The notes: generated by a model from the sequence alone, not told the origin. A DNA stretch of 64,000 bases from Zygnema circumcarinatum SAG 698-1b (GCA_037447605.1 CM074805.1:806001-870000), one strand, 5' to 3'. Shown: positions 1 through 12,410, counted from the stretch's first letter. Numbers and translations are program-made.

Positions 1-608
1 CAAGCTTCAAGCACCTCCACTCAAGCTACGTGAATAAACCACCCACTACAAGCTGAACTCTTCCCACTATCTCCTTGGCCCTAAGCAAGATAGCCTCACC
101 CTGATGTGAGTCACGAGAAGGTTAACTTCTACCAAACAATCTAACCCTTAAATACAATATGGCGCCAATAGTGACATTGTCACGTCACGGCCGCACATGC
201 TACGCCTTGCAAGACCCTTATCCCGATCCTAATCTCGCGCCGTCGGATCCTCGTAGGCTTGCACGGATCCAGCACATTATTGCCGTCAGATCCGCCTCAG
301 CCTTATCTCCATCCGAGTCCTCCACCGTAGGATCTGACTCCTCATTACTTGGCGGCATGTGGGACCCCGTAAGCCTACGAGCGCCACCGACCTAGGCCGT
401 ACAGGCCTTCCCTTTAACCCGACACGTGGCGCCTTCCGATTCGCCACTGTCCTCCAAATGAATCATTGCTGACTTCGCACTTCGTCAATTCTGCTCCGCG
501 CGCTGATTCGCGCCTCGTCACGTCCCGATTTGTCGCGTCGCGCCACGTCACATCTGACTCCGCCACGCCGCGCCTCGCCACCGACCAATGTCCGTACATT
601 CGAGGTCC
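1..608 (-). mobile_element. Partial LTR related to the copia LTR family at 46027-47035
   Basis: Reverse complement of ~200-340 and ~540-600 aligns by eye to 46440-46570 and 46131-46200 (shared blocks CCCTTATCCCGATCCT/GCCGTCGGATCCTCGT/GTAGGATCTGACTCC, GTACGGACATT-GGTCGGTGG). Truncated by the window edge and the N gap at 609. Confidence 0.75.
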
Positions 609-698
609 NNNNNNNNNNCGCCGACGTGGAGGTACAGGCGTAGTTTTGGAGGATGATGTGGCGCCGTCGTGGCGCCGACTAGGACCGACGTGGAGGTA

Positions 699-754
699 CA
701 GGCGTAGTTCCCCAGAACATACCCCCTAAAGTGAGTTCTGGGGAACTACGCCTG
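699..754. repeat. Perfect 20-bp inverted repeat (hairpin) with 16-nt loop
   Basis: CAGGCGTAGTTCCCCAGAAC (699-718) pairs with GTTCTGGGGAACTACGCCTG (735-754). The left arm overlaps the second copy of a 25-bp direct repeat (621-645, 687-711). Confidence 0.9.
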
Positions 755-2232
755 AGTTTTCCAATCGTGCGCCGCCGCGTGGCGTTGAAGATCCGTTCGA
801 GATGCCACGGGGGTACGGCGGCCACGCTGGCGCACAGCCGCCAACGCGCCTTTGGCGACGCACGTACGGTAACCGCGGTGGGCCACGGTGGACGAGTAAG
901 TGTGTCCACGTGGCGTCCGCTGATTGGCTCGCGCGACCTCTGATGGAACCCGCAATTCTCCCTTCATGACTCGTGATCCGATGTGGCGGTACAGGCAAAC
1001 GCTGATGGAATCCCACCCTGAGCCTGGTTGCAAATCGAACGATGATCTGCCGTGGTGCGATCTGCGAGGGAATCGACGGCGCAGATTGAACGCACATGTG
1101 AAGGACGCAGACTCGCGAACGATCTCGTGGCGGACGGATCTTCCGCTCCGAGCGCATTGTGAAATAAAATCTGCCCGCAGCAACAAGTTGTGTATCGATT
1201 CCAAAGAGGTGTGAGAAAAACATTTTTCTTATTTAATCCTCATTGTTCTAAAATAGAATCTGCCCGGCGAAAAAAGGTCTGTGTGTAGACAAAAAAGGGG
1301 GAACTTTCATTGAACTCGCGATGGCGAGGCCATCAAATGTACATGGACAAAGGCAAAATGTGGACAAAAAAGGTGTGAATATAGCATTTTCCTATAGGGG
1401 GCGACTATTTACAGTGTACGGATTCTGAATGTAGTGTACGATTTCGCTGGGCAGCAAAAAAAAGGTTTTTTTTGGCGAAAAATGTTGTTTCACACTTTTC
1501 GTAATAGTGGAGCCAACTCACCACGCCTCGCTGGAATTGAAAGATTCACGCTGAAAGGTATTGGATTTCTACCGCAGACCTGGCCTAAACCGCTCCCCCC
1601 AAACCTCGTCAGGTCCCGGGTCCCCATTTCGAAATAGTTACAAAATGAGATATGTGCCTCTGGGCGCTACCGAGCTCGTCATTAACGCCCACTTTTAAGC
1701 ATAAAAGGCCTGCCGTACAACGCGGAATTGGCCTGACGGGCTCGCAGAATTGGTTTGGCGATGGACAAGGTCTGACTCCCCCTAATAGATACAGACCTTT
1801 TATCGTCGGATGTACGGATGGTGATTTGAAATGTACGAAGTGCGCGCGTCTACAAGGTATAAGGGCACAACACGTGGAAGGCGACATGATTGGCAGCGGC
1901 GACATATGGCGTGTCAAGTATGTTTGGGACCGTGGCGTGATGAAGCGAACTGGCGACAAAGTGGAGTCAGCGGATGGCGGTCGAAATGGCGGGGAAAAAG
2001 CAGCGATTTCAAAAACTCATTTTAGGGTTTGTCAGCGTCTCAGCACCACCTCAGGTATAGTTAAGCGCTCCCTCCCTCGGCGCTCTGCTCTCTCTCTCTG
2101 CACGCTCTACGCTCACCTGCTCTCTCTCTTCTGAGGAGGTGGAGTTAGATTCTGGCGAGGAGGAGTTCATCGATGAAGGAACTTCACAAATGCTTCCTCA
2201 GGTGTCTGGGTGGTTAAACCTAGGGTAATTTT

Positions 2233-3003
2233 ATGCCTTTTATGCCTTTCTTCTTCTTCTCCTTCTCCTTTTGTCTTTTGTCTTTTGTATTTTGTCTTCT
2301 GTCTTCTGTCTCTTTTGTCTTCTGTCTTCTGTCTTCTCCTTCTTTTGTCTTCTCCTTCTCCTTCTCCTTCTCCTTCTGTCTTCTCCTTCTCTTCTCCTTC
2401 TCCTTCCTTCTCCTTCTCCTTCTTCTTCTCCTTCCTTCTCCTTCTCCTTCTCCTTTTGTCTTTTGTCTTTTGTCTTATGTCTTCTGTCTTTTGTCTTTTG
2501 TCTTCTCCTTCTCCTTCTCCTTCTCCTTCTGTCTTATGTCTTATGTCTTCTGTCTTCTGTCTTTTATCTTCTGACTTCTGTCTTCTGTCTTCTCCTTCTC
2601 CTTCTCCTTCTCCTTCTCCTTCTCCTTCTCCTTCTCTTCTCCTTCTCCTTCCTTCTCCTTCTCCTTCTCCTTTTGTCTTTTGTCTTCTGTCTTCTGTCTT
2701 CTATCATCTGTCCTTTGTCTTTTGTCTTCTCCTTCTCCTTCTCCTTCTCCTTCTCCTTCTCCTTCTCCTTCTCCTTCTCCTTCTCCTTCTCCTTCTCCTT
2801 CTCCTTCTCCTTCTCCTTGTCCTTCTCCTTGTCCTTCTCCTTCTCCTTCTCCTTCTCCTTCTCCTTCTCCTTCTCCTTCTCCTTCTCCTCCTCCTCCTTC
2901 TTCTCCTTCTTCTCCTTCTTCTCCTTCTTCTCCTGCTTCTCCTTCTTCTCTTTCTTCTTCTTCTTTTTCTTCTTCTTCTTCTTCTTCTTCTTTCTACTTT
3001 CAT
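2233..3003. repeat. Composite pyrimidine simple repeat (TTCTCC)n / (TTTTGTC, TTCTGTC)n / (TTC)n
   Basis: Directly visible. It explains the poly-L/S/P/F and poly-R ORFs. Confidence 0.97.
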
Positions 3004-3332
3004 CTTCTTCTGTTGTTGACTGTGACTTGAACCCGGTTATTGGTTGTGACGTAAACTGATCAGCAATGCCTCGGGTGGTGTGGTGGATCTCCCAAAGATA
3101 TACGAGCCCCGGGCGGCTACATGCGTGCTTGGATCCCTCACACGCGGAGGATCAACTCGAGACCGCCTCCGATGCAAGTCACTCGGATAGGCTTTAGTAA
3201 TCATTCAGGCATTGGACTAGGCAAGATGTTGAAGAGGGATGATAAAAGCATTCAGGCTGCAGAAAGGGTAGCGGGATGAAGCGAGCAGGATGTTGGACAT
3301 ATGAAATGACAGAATTTTCTTGAAGCATACCC

Positions 3333-3657
3333 TATTGAAAAAGACGGAGTGGACATTGTACGATCAAAGTGAGGACAGAGAGAGTTGACACAAAAAGACA
3401 GATGTGTGATTAACGTGGTAAAGTGTACAATGTCCTAATCTGTTTTATATACATTGCGGCTAGAGCTACGCGACAAAAGAGTGTGGAACTAGCCTGAGCA
3501 AGGGCGTGCGGCCGGTGTGAAGCACAATGTACCGCAGCGCGTACAACTAAAAGCCACCGTAAAAGTACAAGTTAAAAGCACGCCCAGGTGTAAGTACACG
3601 CGGCTGGGAAAACGACAAAATAGTACTCCACAAAATTGTATCGTCGGATTCTCGACA
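3333..3657 (-). repeat. 3' LTR of copia-1 (325 bp)
   Basis: Minus strand TGTCGAG...TTTCAATA, preceded by PPT AGAGAGGAG (3658-3666). Homologous to 14545-14859. Confidence 0.9.
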
Positions 3658-3699
3658 CTCCTCTCTGCTATCTGAAAGTGTGGAGTCCGCGTAAGAGCT

Positions 3700-5128
3700 G
3701 AAGCTCAAAAGCTGGCGATGTAAGGCCTTGGTAAGAAAATCGGGCGGCCCGTTTGCCTAAGTAGGACAAGAGGAAGGGGTAAGGGTGCCGCTTTCTGGAC
3801 CTTGTCCTTTGTGAAGTGAAACTGGGAGTGTCGGCGTAAGTTTGGTACGCTGATGGTGCACGGGGTTTTGCATGAGGGCAAGGGCACCTTGAGAGTCCGT
3901 GAAGACGGTGGTAGCGTGAGGGGGAGGAAAGGTGAGGTTGGAGAGGAGGGATCGGAGCCAAACAGCCTCTTTGGCAGCGGGAGGCCATATACTCGCTTCG
4001 CTGGAGGATGTGGGCCACCAGAGGGTCAGCTCAGAGACCACAAATAAGGCTACACCGCCTAGAGAAAACACGAGCCAAGAACCGAACGCTCGGTGTCGGG
4101 GGCCACACCGCCCCGCCTCAGAGTAAGCAATAGCCAAATTCAGGTGGGGGAGCCGAGGAGTAGCGCTCGGCCTTGGTGCCCCGGCGGTAACGGCGACACG
4201 CTTTGGCGTCACCAAGTGAAAGCGTAAGAGGGCGTGAAGGTATTGGCGCTTAGCCGCCCCCACGCCGCAGCTAGGTCGGCCGGGTACACAACATTGCATA
4301 CATAAGGGATCCCACGATGGATCGGTAAGTGGCATGCTCCGTGGGGTCGGGGGAGCCAGCCACAAGGGAGGTAAGGTGAATGTGGGCGTCCAGGGGGGTG
4401 GAGATGGGGTTGCAAGCGGCCATCCCAAAACGGTCAAGGAGATCGGAAACATACTTTTCCTGACTGAGGTGAAGGGTCCGAGCAGCCCGATCTCGAATGA
4501 CGTGAATCCCGAGACACCATTGCAGTTCGCCGAGGTCCGTCATGTCAAAATGGCTGCGAAGGAGCTGTTTGACATCCGAAATGGGGGAAAGGGAGGGACC
4601 ACAGATAATGAGGTCATCAACGTAAACGGCAAGGATGGTGAGGGTCTGACCGTGGCCACGAAGATAGATGCTGAAATCGGCGTCGATACGAGTGAAGCCG
4701 CTGGCAAGTAGGACAGCATCCAAAGTGCGGTTCCGTGACGCTGCGGTGCCGCTTGAGGTCGTAGGATGGATTTGTTGGAGGCGCGTATAGTGTGCTCGCG
4801 TCGAGTGACATACCCGCCGGTTATGATAAAGATCGTTTTGAAGGTCCCCTCAGAGGAATGCGGTTTTGACATCCATCTGGTGAATTTCCCAATCGTGAGT
4901 GGCGGAGAGAGCAAGGAGGACGCGAATGGAGGTGAATTTGGCCACCGGGGCATAAGTTTCGGTGAAGTCGATGCCTTCAAGCTGAGAGAACCCCTTGGCT
5001 ACAAAACGGGCTTTATAGCGGTCAACCGAGCCGTCGGATTTTTGTTTGATTTTAAATACCCATTTAGGAGTCATGGCGCTGACGACTGGTGGGAGGGGAC
5101 AAGGTCCCGGTGTGTTGCTTCTTCTCAA
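3700..5128 (-). pseudogene. Copia reverse transcriptase + RNase H, multiply frameshifted
   Basis: KWVFKIK..DGSVDRYKARFVAKGFSQ.EGIDFTETYAPV, HQMDVKTAFL, LAVYVDDLII, YRSIVGSLMYAMLCTRP, KEAVWLRSLL...FTDSQGALALMQNPVHHQRTK, spread over several frames. Confidence 0.93.
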
Positions 5129-5921
5129 GGGAGAGTGAATTCAGCATCACGGGCAGCCTTTCCGAGGGCTACGCGCTGTGGGTGCTGTATGGGCGTGCTG
5201 AAAGTAGGGGGGGCGACGAGGAGGGCGGCGAAGGCAGTGGCGAGGAGAGGAGGGTAAGGCTGCAAGCAGTCGAGTACTCTTTCCACGGGTCGCCGATCGC
5301 GAGTCCCGAGGCGGGGGGCAGGGCCGGGCGGACCAGGAGGGGAGAGAGCCGGAGGGCGGTGTGGCGGGGAGGCCGCTACGGGCGAAGTGGAAGGGGAGTC
5401 GGGTAGGCCGGGAGAAGGCGCAAGGGGAAAAAGGGAGGGGGGAGGTCTCAGAAGGAGGGGAGGGGTCCGCTGGCCCCGCTCGCGGAGGGAAAGCTCCTCT
5501 CTCAATCGTAAGAGGAGGGTCGAGCGTGAGAGGACGCAGGGGAGGGGGGGAGCGGGAGGGGGGTCGCATCGAGGGGACGAGACACCGGCGAGGGAAGGGA
5601 GCGCGACGGGGCGGACAAAGGAATGCCCATGGCCAATGGGGAGCCGCCGCTGAGGGGAATGATATCCAACGGTCACGTAGGTGGGGGAATCGTACGGCGC
5701 AAGATTGGGATTCGGCGGGGAGGAAGTCGGCGGGTATACGGCCGTGGGCGGTGGCGGATGAAGCCGCGCGACGAGAGGGGCCTCATTAAATGCGACGGCG
5801 CGCGAAAGGACAATTCGATTTGTCGCACAACACCGTGATACGATAGGCCTTGGACGTAAGCGCCAGAGCCAAGAAAATGCCGCAGACGTCTGGCTGTCCC
5901 CATTTGCCGCAGACGACCGAT

Positions 5922-6640
5922 CTATATCTTTTGTACCAGCCCGCGCTCAAAAAATACGGTGGTGGGAGACGGAGGCTTGCCGCCGCCGCCCTCGCTGTAG
6001 TGGAGTGCCGTGGAGTAAGCGGGCGCAGGTGGGGAAAGGTTCCCGCTGCAAGTGGCCGCGGAGATGGCTTCCGCCCAGAAGGCCATAGGGAGGTCGGCAA
6101 AATGAAGCATAGAGCGAGCCATGTCGAGAATGGTGCGGTTAAACCGCTCGGCGACTCCATTTTGCTGGGGGGTGTAGGGAGCGGTAGTCTGATGGGTGAT
6201 GCCGTGAAGGCGAAGGTATGTGGAGAAGGCGGTGGACATAAACTCGCCGCCGTTATCAGTGCGAAGGGTCTTGATGCGGCGACCGAGAAGGGTCTCTGCA
6301 CGGGCTTTGAACTCTTGGAAGCGGGAGAAAACGTCAGACTTGTGAGCGATGGGAAAAACATGGGAAAAATGAGTCGCTTGGTCAATGAAAGTGACAAAGT
6401 ATGATGCGCCGCCGAGGCTAACATCACGCATAGGGCCACAGACATCAGAATGAATGAGTGCCAGAGGCTCAGAGACAAGGGTGGAGCTTGAGGGAAAAGG
6501 CAATCTGGTCATTTTTCCTTGAATACAGCCTGAACAAAAGTCTAACTTGTCGGTAGAGAAAGAGTCTAAACCTAACACTCAAGCCCTCGTCCGGTGAGTT
6601 CCCCAGGCTACCAAGGTGGCTAAAAGCGTGAGGTGCCACC
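5922..6640 (-). pseudogene. Copia integrase (GAG-pre-integrase + rve core)
   Basis: CSGCIQGK, LIHSDVCGPM, YFVTFID, LRTDNGGEF, TAPYTPQQNGVAERFNRT. Confidence 0.93.
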
Positions 6641-6899
6641 CAGCAAAGGTAAGGGGGCCGGGCAGGTGAGGCATTGGCGCAGCTCGTAGCGAACGGCTAC
6701 AGCCACCATATACTCTCGAGGTGTACTTAGGGCGCTTCCGTCCCAAGAGACTGCCCCGGGCGCCGCCGGTGCCAAGGCGTCGAGGACCACCGGGACCGGA
6801 GTTCTCGGGGACTTAACCTGCGGCGGCCGTAAGGGCGTTCGGCGCGGCGCGTATACCGGCGATATATACGTGAGTCAAGGCCGGCGTGGTCGGTGATCG

Positions 6900-7361
6900 C
6901 GAAACTCCGTAATTGCCATCTTCCCTATTTTGAATGCAACTCGGCCGCCCGCATAACACGGGTGCCACGCTGGTACTACGGATCACGGGGACTCGCGCCA
7001 AGGCCAGGATCCACCGCACCGGACAGATTTAACGCGCGTCGCTAAGCCATGGGCGAAGGCCATGAATGCTACAGCATTCGTATTGTAGCCACCTCAATCT
7101 ATTCGAAGCCGAGGACACGCGGGCGCTTGCCATTGGACAGCCCTGCTTCCAATCCTCCATGCTGGTAGGAGGTTCAACGGGGGAAGCGTATAGGGGCGAG
7201 GGTGACTGTCGTCACCCAACCAACATACCGGCATACGGTTGCACGCCCATCCCGGGCTGCTCCCCACTCTGAAGCGCTTTCTCCCTCTCTCTCTCTCTCT
7301 TAGCTGAACTCTGAAGTGTAATTCCGCGCACGGCTGAAGGGGCTAGATTTCAGTCGTGACA
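6900..7361 (+). repeat. Gypsy 5' LTR (minimum extent; probably starts at ~6650-6720)
   Basis: 7127-7361 matches 12176-12410 at 234/235. 6900-7126 is more weakly homologous to 10787-11030. Confidence 0.8.
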
Positions 7362-7363
7362 TT

Positions 7364-7375
7364 TGGTATCAGAGC
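7364..7375 (+). promoter_or_regulatory. Primer-binding site (initiator tRNA-Met 3' end) of the gypsy element
   Basis: TGGTATCAGAGC 2 nt after the LTR end. Confidence 0.92.
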
Positions 7376-7412
7376 AGGTTTTCGTTTCTTTTTGGGAAGG
7401 AACCTGTTGGTC

Positions 7413-8390
7413 ATGGTGACCACTCGCCGGGCCGGAGGGGACCCGGGGCCCTCGGGGCCGCCACCTCCACCACCTTTCCCCCGGGATGAGGTGATGGAGG
7501 AGAACTCGGAGACGACGCCCGTCCCTATGGAGGGGCCGAGTCCCGAGCCCACGGGTGACCAAGGTCACCCGGAGACCACCGCCCCTCTTCCCACCCAACC
7601 GGAGCCCGTGGCTCCGGTAGAAGCCTCAACTGGGCCCTACCCCATGATCGGGGCCCACATCACCGTGGGCGCGGCCCAGAAGATGAGGAACAGAATTGAG
7701 GATCTGGGGAAGAGTGTAAGGGAGCAGAACGTGAATACGTTGAGCTGCTCAAGGAAGGTGGACGACATGGAGCTCACGGTCCGCCGTCTGGTGGACACGC
7801 TCCAAACGGAGTTCCGGAGCCTTTCGGACAGGCTCCGGAGGATCGAAGAAGGTATGCCCCGAACCCCCCCCCAGGCTGTAGAGGCAGTGGATGCATCAGG
7901 TCCTGGGGAAGGGGTTAGGCAAACCACTCCAATGGCGTCGTCTGTCCCGACGCCCCAACCGGCTGCCGGAAGCAGCCGGCAGAAGTCCGGACCCCCTGGT
8001 TTTTCCACGGGGGGGAGTCACCCCCACGGGGGTGGCGAACCACCCAAGAAGGGACCCTGCCTGGGCAACCGGGGCGGAGGGAGTCCTACCTCGGATCGCC
8101 CGCTAACTCCACCGAGGGATGCCCGGACTTTAATCGGCCAAAGTGGCCCCTCTTTCCTTTTGGGGCGACCATCCTACCACGGACTGCTCGATTGAGCAGT
8201 GGTTGGGTCAAACGAAGGGCTACCTTCTGGCGACCAACTGTCCCCCCCTCCAGTGGGTAAGCTTTGCTTACCCAGCACTCAGAGGAGCCGCATACCGGGT
8301 GTATGAGGGCCTCTCTGATGAGATTGGGGACGATTGGGATAAGTTCAGAGATGAACTTATCAATCACTTTGGGGCCTTGGATCCCGGCTT
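7413..8390 (+). pseudogene. Gypsy gag (frameshift near 8170, runs into a gap)
   Basis: ATG at 7413; coiled-coil then Pro-rich region; IEQWL..TKGYL...WVSFAYPALRGAAYRVY...WDKFRDELINHFG (retrotransposon gag-like). Confidence 0.8.
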
Positions 8391-8910
8391 NNNNNNNNNN
8401 AGTTTAGGAGTCGCTGCTGGTGGAGTAAGCAGGTTAGGGGATGGGAGGACAGTTGCCGTCAATGTTAAGGGACTTTTGTGGCTTAGGTCCACGGACATGC
8501 TTAACTTGTTGGGCAGGCCTTTGGGGGTGCACGATCTCGTTGTGTGTCATGCGCTTCCTGATTCCATGTCCTTTTCCCCTGCCACCGTGGTGACTCCCTC
8601 TAGGTTTATGGATGTATTGATGCGTGGCCAGTGGCATGTTTCAATTCTCAATGTTATGGGGGATGATGTCTTGATGAGATGTGCCATGGATGCCTTGCTT
8701 GTCTTGCGGGATACTTCCCACATACTTGGGCTGCATGTGCTGGTTCCTCAGCACTTGGCAGTTCGCACTTTTCCCAACGCCAACTGGCGGTTGGTGAAAC
8801 AGCTGAGAAAAGGGCACAAGTTAGTGCAAACGATGGAAGGATCCACCAGTTCACTGGTTGGATCCCCCTACACCTTGGTGTGGAGGACGGCTCGTCCTCA
8901 CCCCTCGCAT

Positions 8911-9153
8911 NNNNNNNNNNNNNNNNNNNNNNNNNNNNNNNNNNNNNNNNNNNNNNNNNNNNNNNNNNNNNNNNNNNNNNNNNNNNNNNNNNNNNNNNNN
9001 NNNNNNNNNNNNNNNNNNNNNNNNNNNNNNNNNNNNNNNNNNNNNNNNNNNNNNNNNNNNNNNNNNNNNNNNNNNNNNNNNNNNNNNNNNNNNNNNNNNN
9101 NNNNNNNNNNNNNNNNNNNNNNNNNNNNNNNNNNNNNNNNNNNNNNNNNNNNN
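8911..9153. other. Assembly gap (243 N); further 10-N joins at 609, 8391, 9505, 11119, 12072, 13916, 15714, 45074
   Basis: Directly visible. Confidence 1.
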
Positions 9154-10099
9154 GTTAAGGAAGGTTGCACCTTGTTCATGGTGCATGTCATGGCAGCCAC
9201 TGAGGATGTTCATGACGAAGATCAGGAATGGCAGATCACATCTACGGATGTGCTCTCGGCCGTTCCACCCAAAATCCAACCTCTGTTGGATGAGTTCAGG
9301 GATGTTTTCCCTGACGACCTTCCAAGAGGGTTGCCACCATCGAGAGGGGTGGGGCACACAATCCCTCTTGAGCCTGAGCAAAAGCCGCCTTGGCGGCCGA
9401 TCTATCGGTTAAGCCCGAAAGAAACCGAAGAGATGCGAAAGCAGTTGGCAACTTTACGTGACAAGGGCTGGATAGAACCCAGTCAAAGCCCCTTTGGGGC
9501 GCCCNNNNNNNNNNATGTTAAGGGACTTTTGTGGCTTAGGTCCACGGACATTCTTAACTTGTTGGGCAGACCTTTGGGGGTGCACGATCTCGTTGTGTGT
9601 CATGCGCTTCCTGATTCCATGTCCTTTTCCCCTGCCACCGTGGTGACTCCCTCTAGGTTTATGGATGTATTGATGCGTGGCCAGTGGCATGTTTCAATTC
9701 TCAATGTTATGGGGGATGATGTCTTGATGAGATGTGCCATGGATGCCTTGCTTGTCTTGCGGGATACTTCCCACATACTTGGGCTGCATGTGCTGGTTCC
9801 TCAGCACTTGGCAGTTCGCACTTTTCCCAACGCCAACTGGCGGTTGGTGAAACAGCTGAGAAAAGGGCACAAGTTAGTGCAAACGATGGAAGGATCCACC
9901 AGTTCACTGGTTGGATCCCCCTACACCTTGGTGTGGAGGACGGCTCGTCCTCACCCCTCGCATATAGTGCGATCTATGTTCCATCTTGCCCATCGTGCCA
10001 TGACCTTCATCGGGTCGGCCAATGGCCACCAAATAGCTTCTATCAGTTAGATATCAAAGTAGTGATTCCAACTTGTTAGTTCTCAAGATTCACCAGAGA

Positions 10100-10778
10100 T
10101 TTGATTGACCAATGCATCCCCATTCTAAAGTGTTACTTTCGATGGACGCAAAGGCCAGATCTCCTCGCAGCCACACTCAAGATCAAGCTCCAATCCTACT
10201 CCGGGGCAGTCAAGTGTCTTCTAACACAACTGGCCCCTGGTACTGATGTTATTTTGGGGAGTGCTTGGTTAACCATGGTCAAAGCACAAATGGACTTTTC
10301 TGTCCCACATTGCATTCTGCACAGTGGTGACAGGCGGCTTACCCTGCACCCTGGCAGAGCCACATCCGCTGCTATCAAGCAGCCTGCCACTCCTTATCTC
10401 TGCTCAGCTATGCAATTGGCCAAAGCAGTTAAGGAAGGTTGCACCTTGTTCATGGTGCATGTCATGGCAGCCACTGAGGATGTTCATGACGAAGACCAAG
10501 AATGGCAGATCACATCTACGGATGTGCTCCCGGCTGTTCCGTCTCAGATCCAACCTCTGTTGGATGAGTTCAAGGATGTCTTCCCTGACGACCTTCCAAG
10601 AGGGTTGCCACCATCGAGAGGGGTGGGGCACACAATCCCTCTTGAGCCTGAGCAAAAGCCGCCTTGGCGGCCGATCTATCGGTTAAGCCCGAAAGAAACC
10701 GAAGAGATGCGAAAGCAGTTGGCAACTTTACGTGACAAGGGCTGGATAGAACCCAGTCAGAGCCCCTTTGGGGCGCCC
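10100..10778 (+). pseudogene. Gypsy aspartic protease C-part and RT N-terminus, truncated at SPFGAP
   Basis: TDVILGSAWL, MDFS, DEFKDVFPDDLPRGLPPSR, WIEPSQSPFGAP, then fused directly to partial LTR sequence. Repeated at 11129-11731; a divergent partial copy lies at 9154-9504. Confidence 0.88.
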
Positions 10779-12410
10779 ATGGACATGAATCCCGACCACA
10801 TCTTCCTTACGTTTTGGAACGTAACCGTCGTCCGTACAATTACGGGTTACCGTTGGTACGGACGGACTGTCAGTCGGACCCCGCGCCGCGCGCGTAGGAT
10901 CCGACCGTGCACCGACGTACGGCGAACGCGTCGCGTCGCGGCGCGCGCCGCGGAATGCGGCGAGCATTCGTACGTTGTACACCTCTGACCCATTCGAGTC
11001 AGAGAGGGACACGTGGCAGTTTGCCATTGGACAGCCCTGCTTCCAATCCTCCATGCTGGTAGGAGGTTCAACGGGGGAAGCGTAAAGGGGCGAGGGTGAC
11101 TGTCGTCACCCAACCAACNNNNNNNNNNCTCAAGATCAAGCTCCAATCCTACTCCGGGGCAGTCAAGTGTCTTCTAACACAACTGGCCCCTGGTACTGAT
11201 GTTATTTTGGGGAGTGCTTGGTTAACCATGGTCAAAGCACAAATGGACTTTTCTGTCCCACATTGCATTCTGCACAGTGGTGACAGGCGGCTTACCCTGC
11301 ACCCTGGCAGAGCCACATCCGCTGCTATCAAGCAGCCTGCCACTCCTTATCTCTGCTCAGCTATGCAATTGGCCAAAGCAGTTAAGGAAGGTTGCACCTT
11401 GTTCATGGTGCATGTCATGGCAGCCACTGAGGATGTTCATGACGAAGACCAAGAATGGCAGATCACATCTACGGATGTGCTCCCGGCTGTTCCGTCTCAG
11501 ATCCAACCTCTGTTGGATGAGTTCAAGGATGTCTTCCCTGACGACCTTCCAAGAGGGTTGCCACCATCGAGAGGGGTGGGGCACACAATCCCTCTTGAGC
11601 CTGAGCAAAAGCCGCCTTGGCGGCCGATCTATCGGTTAAGCCCGAAAGAAACCGAAGAGATGCGAAAGCAGTTGGCAACTTTACGTGACAAGGGCTGGAT
11701 AGAACCCAGTCAGAGCCCCTTTGGGGCGCCCATGGACATGAATCCCGACCACATCTTCCTTACGTTTTGGAACGTAACCGTCGTCCGTACAATTACGGGT
11801 TACCGTTGGTACGGACGGACTGTCAGTCGGACCCCGCGCCGCGCGCGTAGGATCCGACCGTGCACCGACGTACGGCGAACGCGTCGCGTCGCGGCGCGCG
11901 CCGCGGAATGCGGCGAGCATTCGTACGTTGTACACCTCTGACCCATTCGAGTCAGAGAGGGACACGTGGCAGTTTGCCATTGGACAGCCCTGCTTCCAAT
12001 CCTCCATGCTGGTAGGAGGTTCAACGGGGGAAGCGTAAAGGGGCGAGGGTGACTGTCGTCACCCAACCAACNNNNNNNNNNCGCGTCGCGTCGCGGCGCG
12101 CGCCGCGGAATGCGGCGAGCATTCGTACGTTGTACACCTCTGACCCATTCGAGTCAGAGAGGGACACGTGGCAGTTTGCCATTGGACAGCCCTGCTTCCA
12201 ATCCTCCATGCTGGTAGGAGGTTCAACGGGGGAAGCGTAAAGGGGCGAGGGTGACTGTCGTCACCCAACCAACATACCGGCATACGGTTGCACGCCCATC
12301 CCGGGCTGCTCCCCACTCTGAAGCGCTTTCTCCCTCTCTCTCTCTCTCTTAGCTGAACTCTGAAGTGTAATTCCGCGCACGGCTGAAGGGGCTAGATTTC
12401 AGTCGTGACA
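10779..12410 (+). repeat. Gypsy 3' LTR (5'-truncated; present as overlapping gap-separated copies)
   Basis: 10779-11118, 11732-12071 and 12082-12410 overlap identically across 10-N gaps; ends GTCGTGACA at 12410. Confidence 0.8.

Larger units (their letters stand above)
6650..12410 (+). mobile_element. Ty3/gypsy element nested in copia-1; internally deleted after the start of RT; left boundary approximate
   Basis: LTR ends CAGTCGTGACA at 7361 and 12410; PBS TGGTATCAGAGC; gag; protease DVILGSAWL; FRDVFPDDLP.GLPP.R...H.I.L...PPWRPIYRLSP.E...GWIEPSQSPFGAP. No TSD or clean 5' TG found. Confidence 0.85.

Noticed and set aside
1210-2210. Possible LTR or DNA-transposon end
   Set aside because: TE-like composition but no partner repeat, TSD or coding motif in the window.
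2210-3059. Long Leu/Ser/Pro/Phe and poly-Arg ORFs
   Set aside because: Translations of simple repeats.
5125-5900. Pro/Gly/Arg-rich ORFs on both strands
   Set aside because: GC-rich, frameshifted IN-RT linker of copia-1.
8640-8850. Ulp1/OTU protease or RT-like motifs in the unassigned frame
   Set aside because: Catalytic residues missing and spacing wrong; similarity is anecdotal.
8143-10050. 635-aa ORF
   Set aside because: Stitched across three N gaps from unrelated pieces.
10159-12260. Tandem duplication of gypsy PR/RT/LTR (953-bp period)
   Set aside because: Copies are identical and end exactly at 10-N joins: unmerged contig overlaps.
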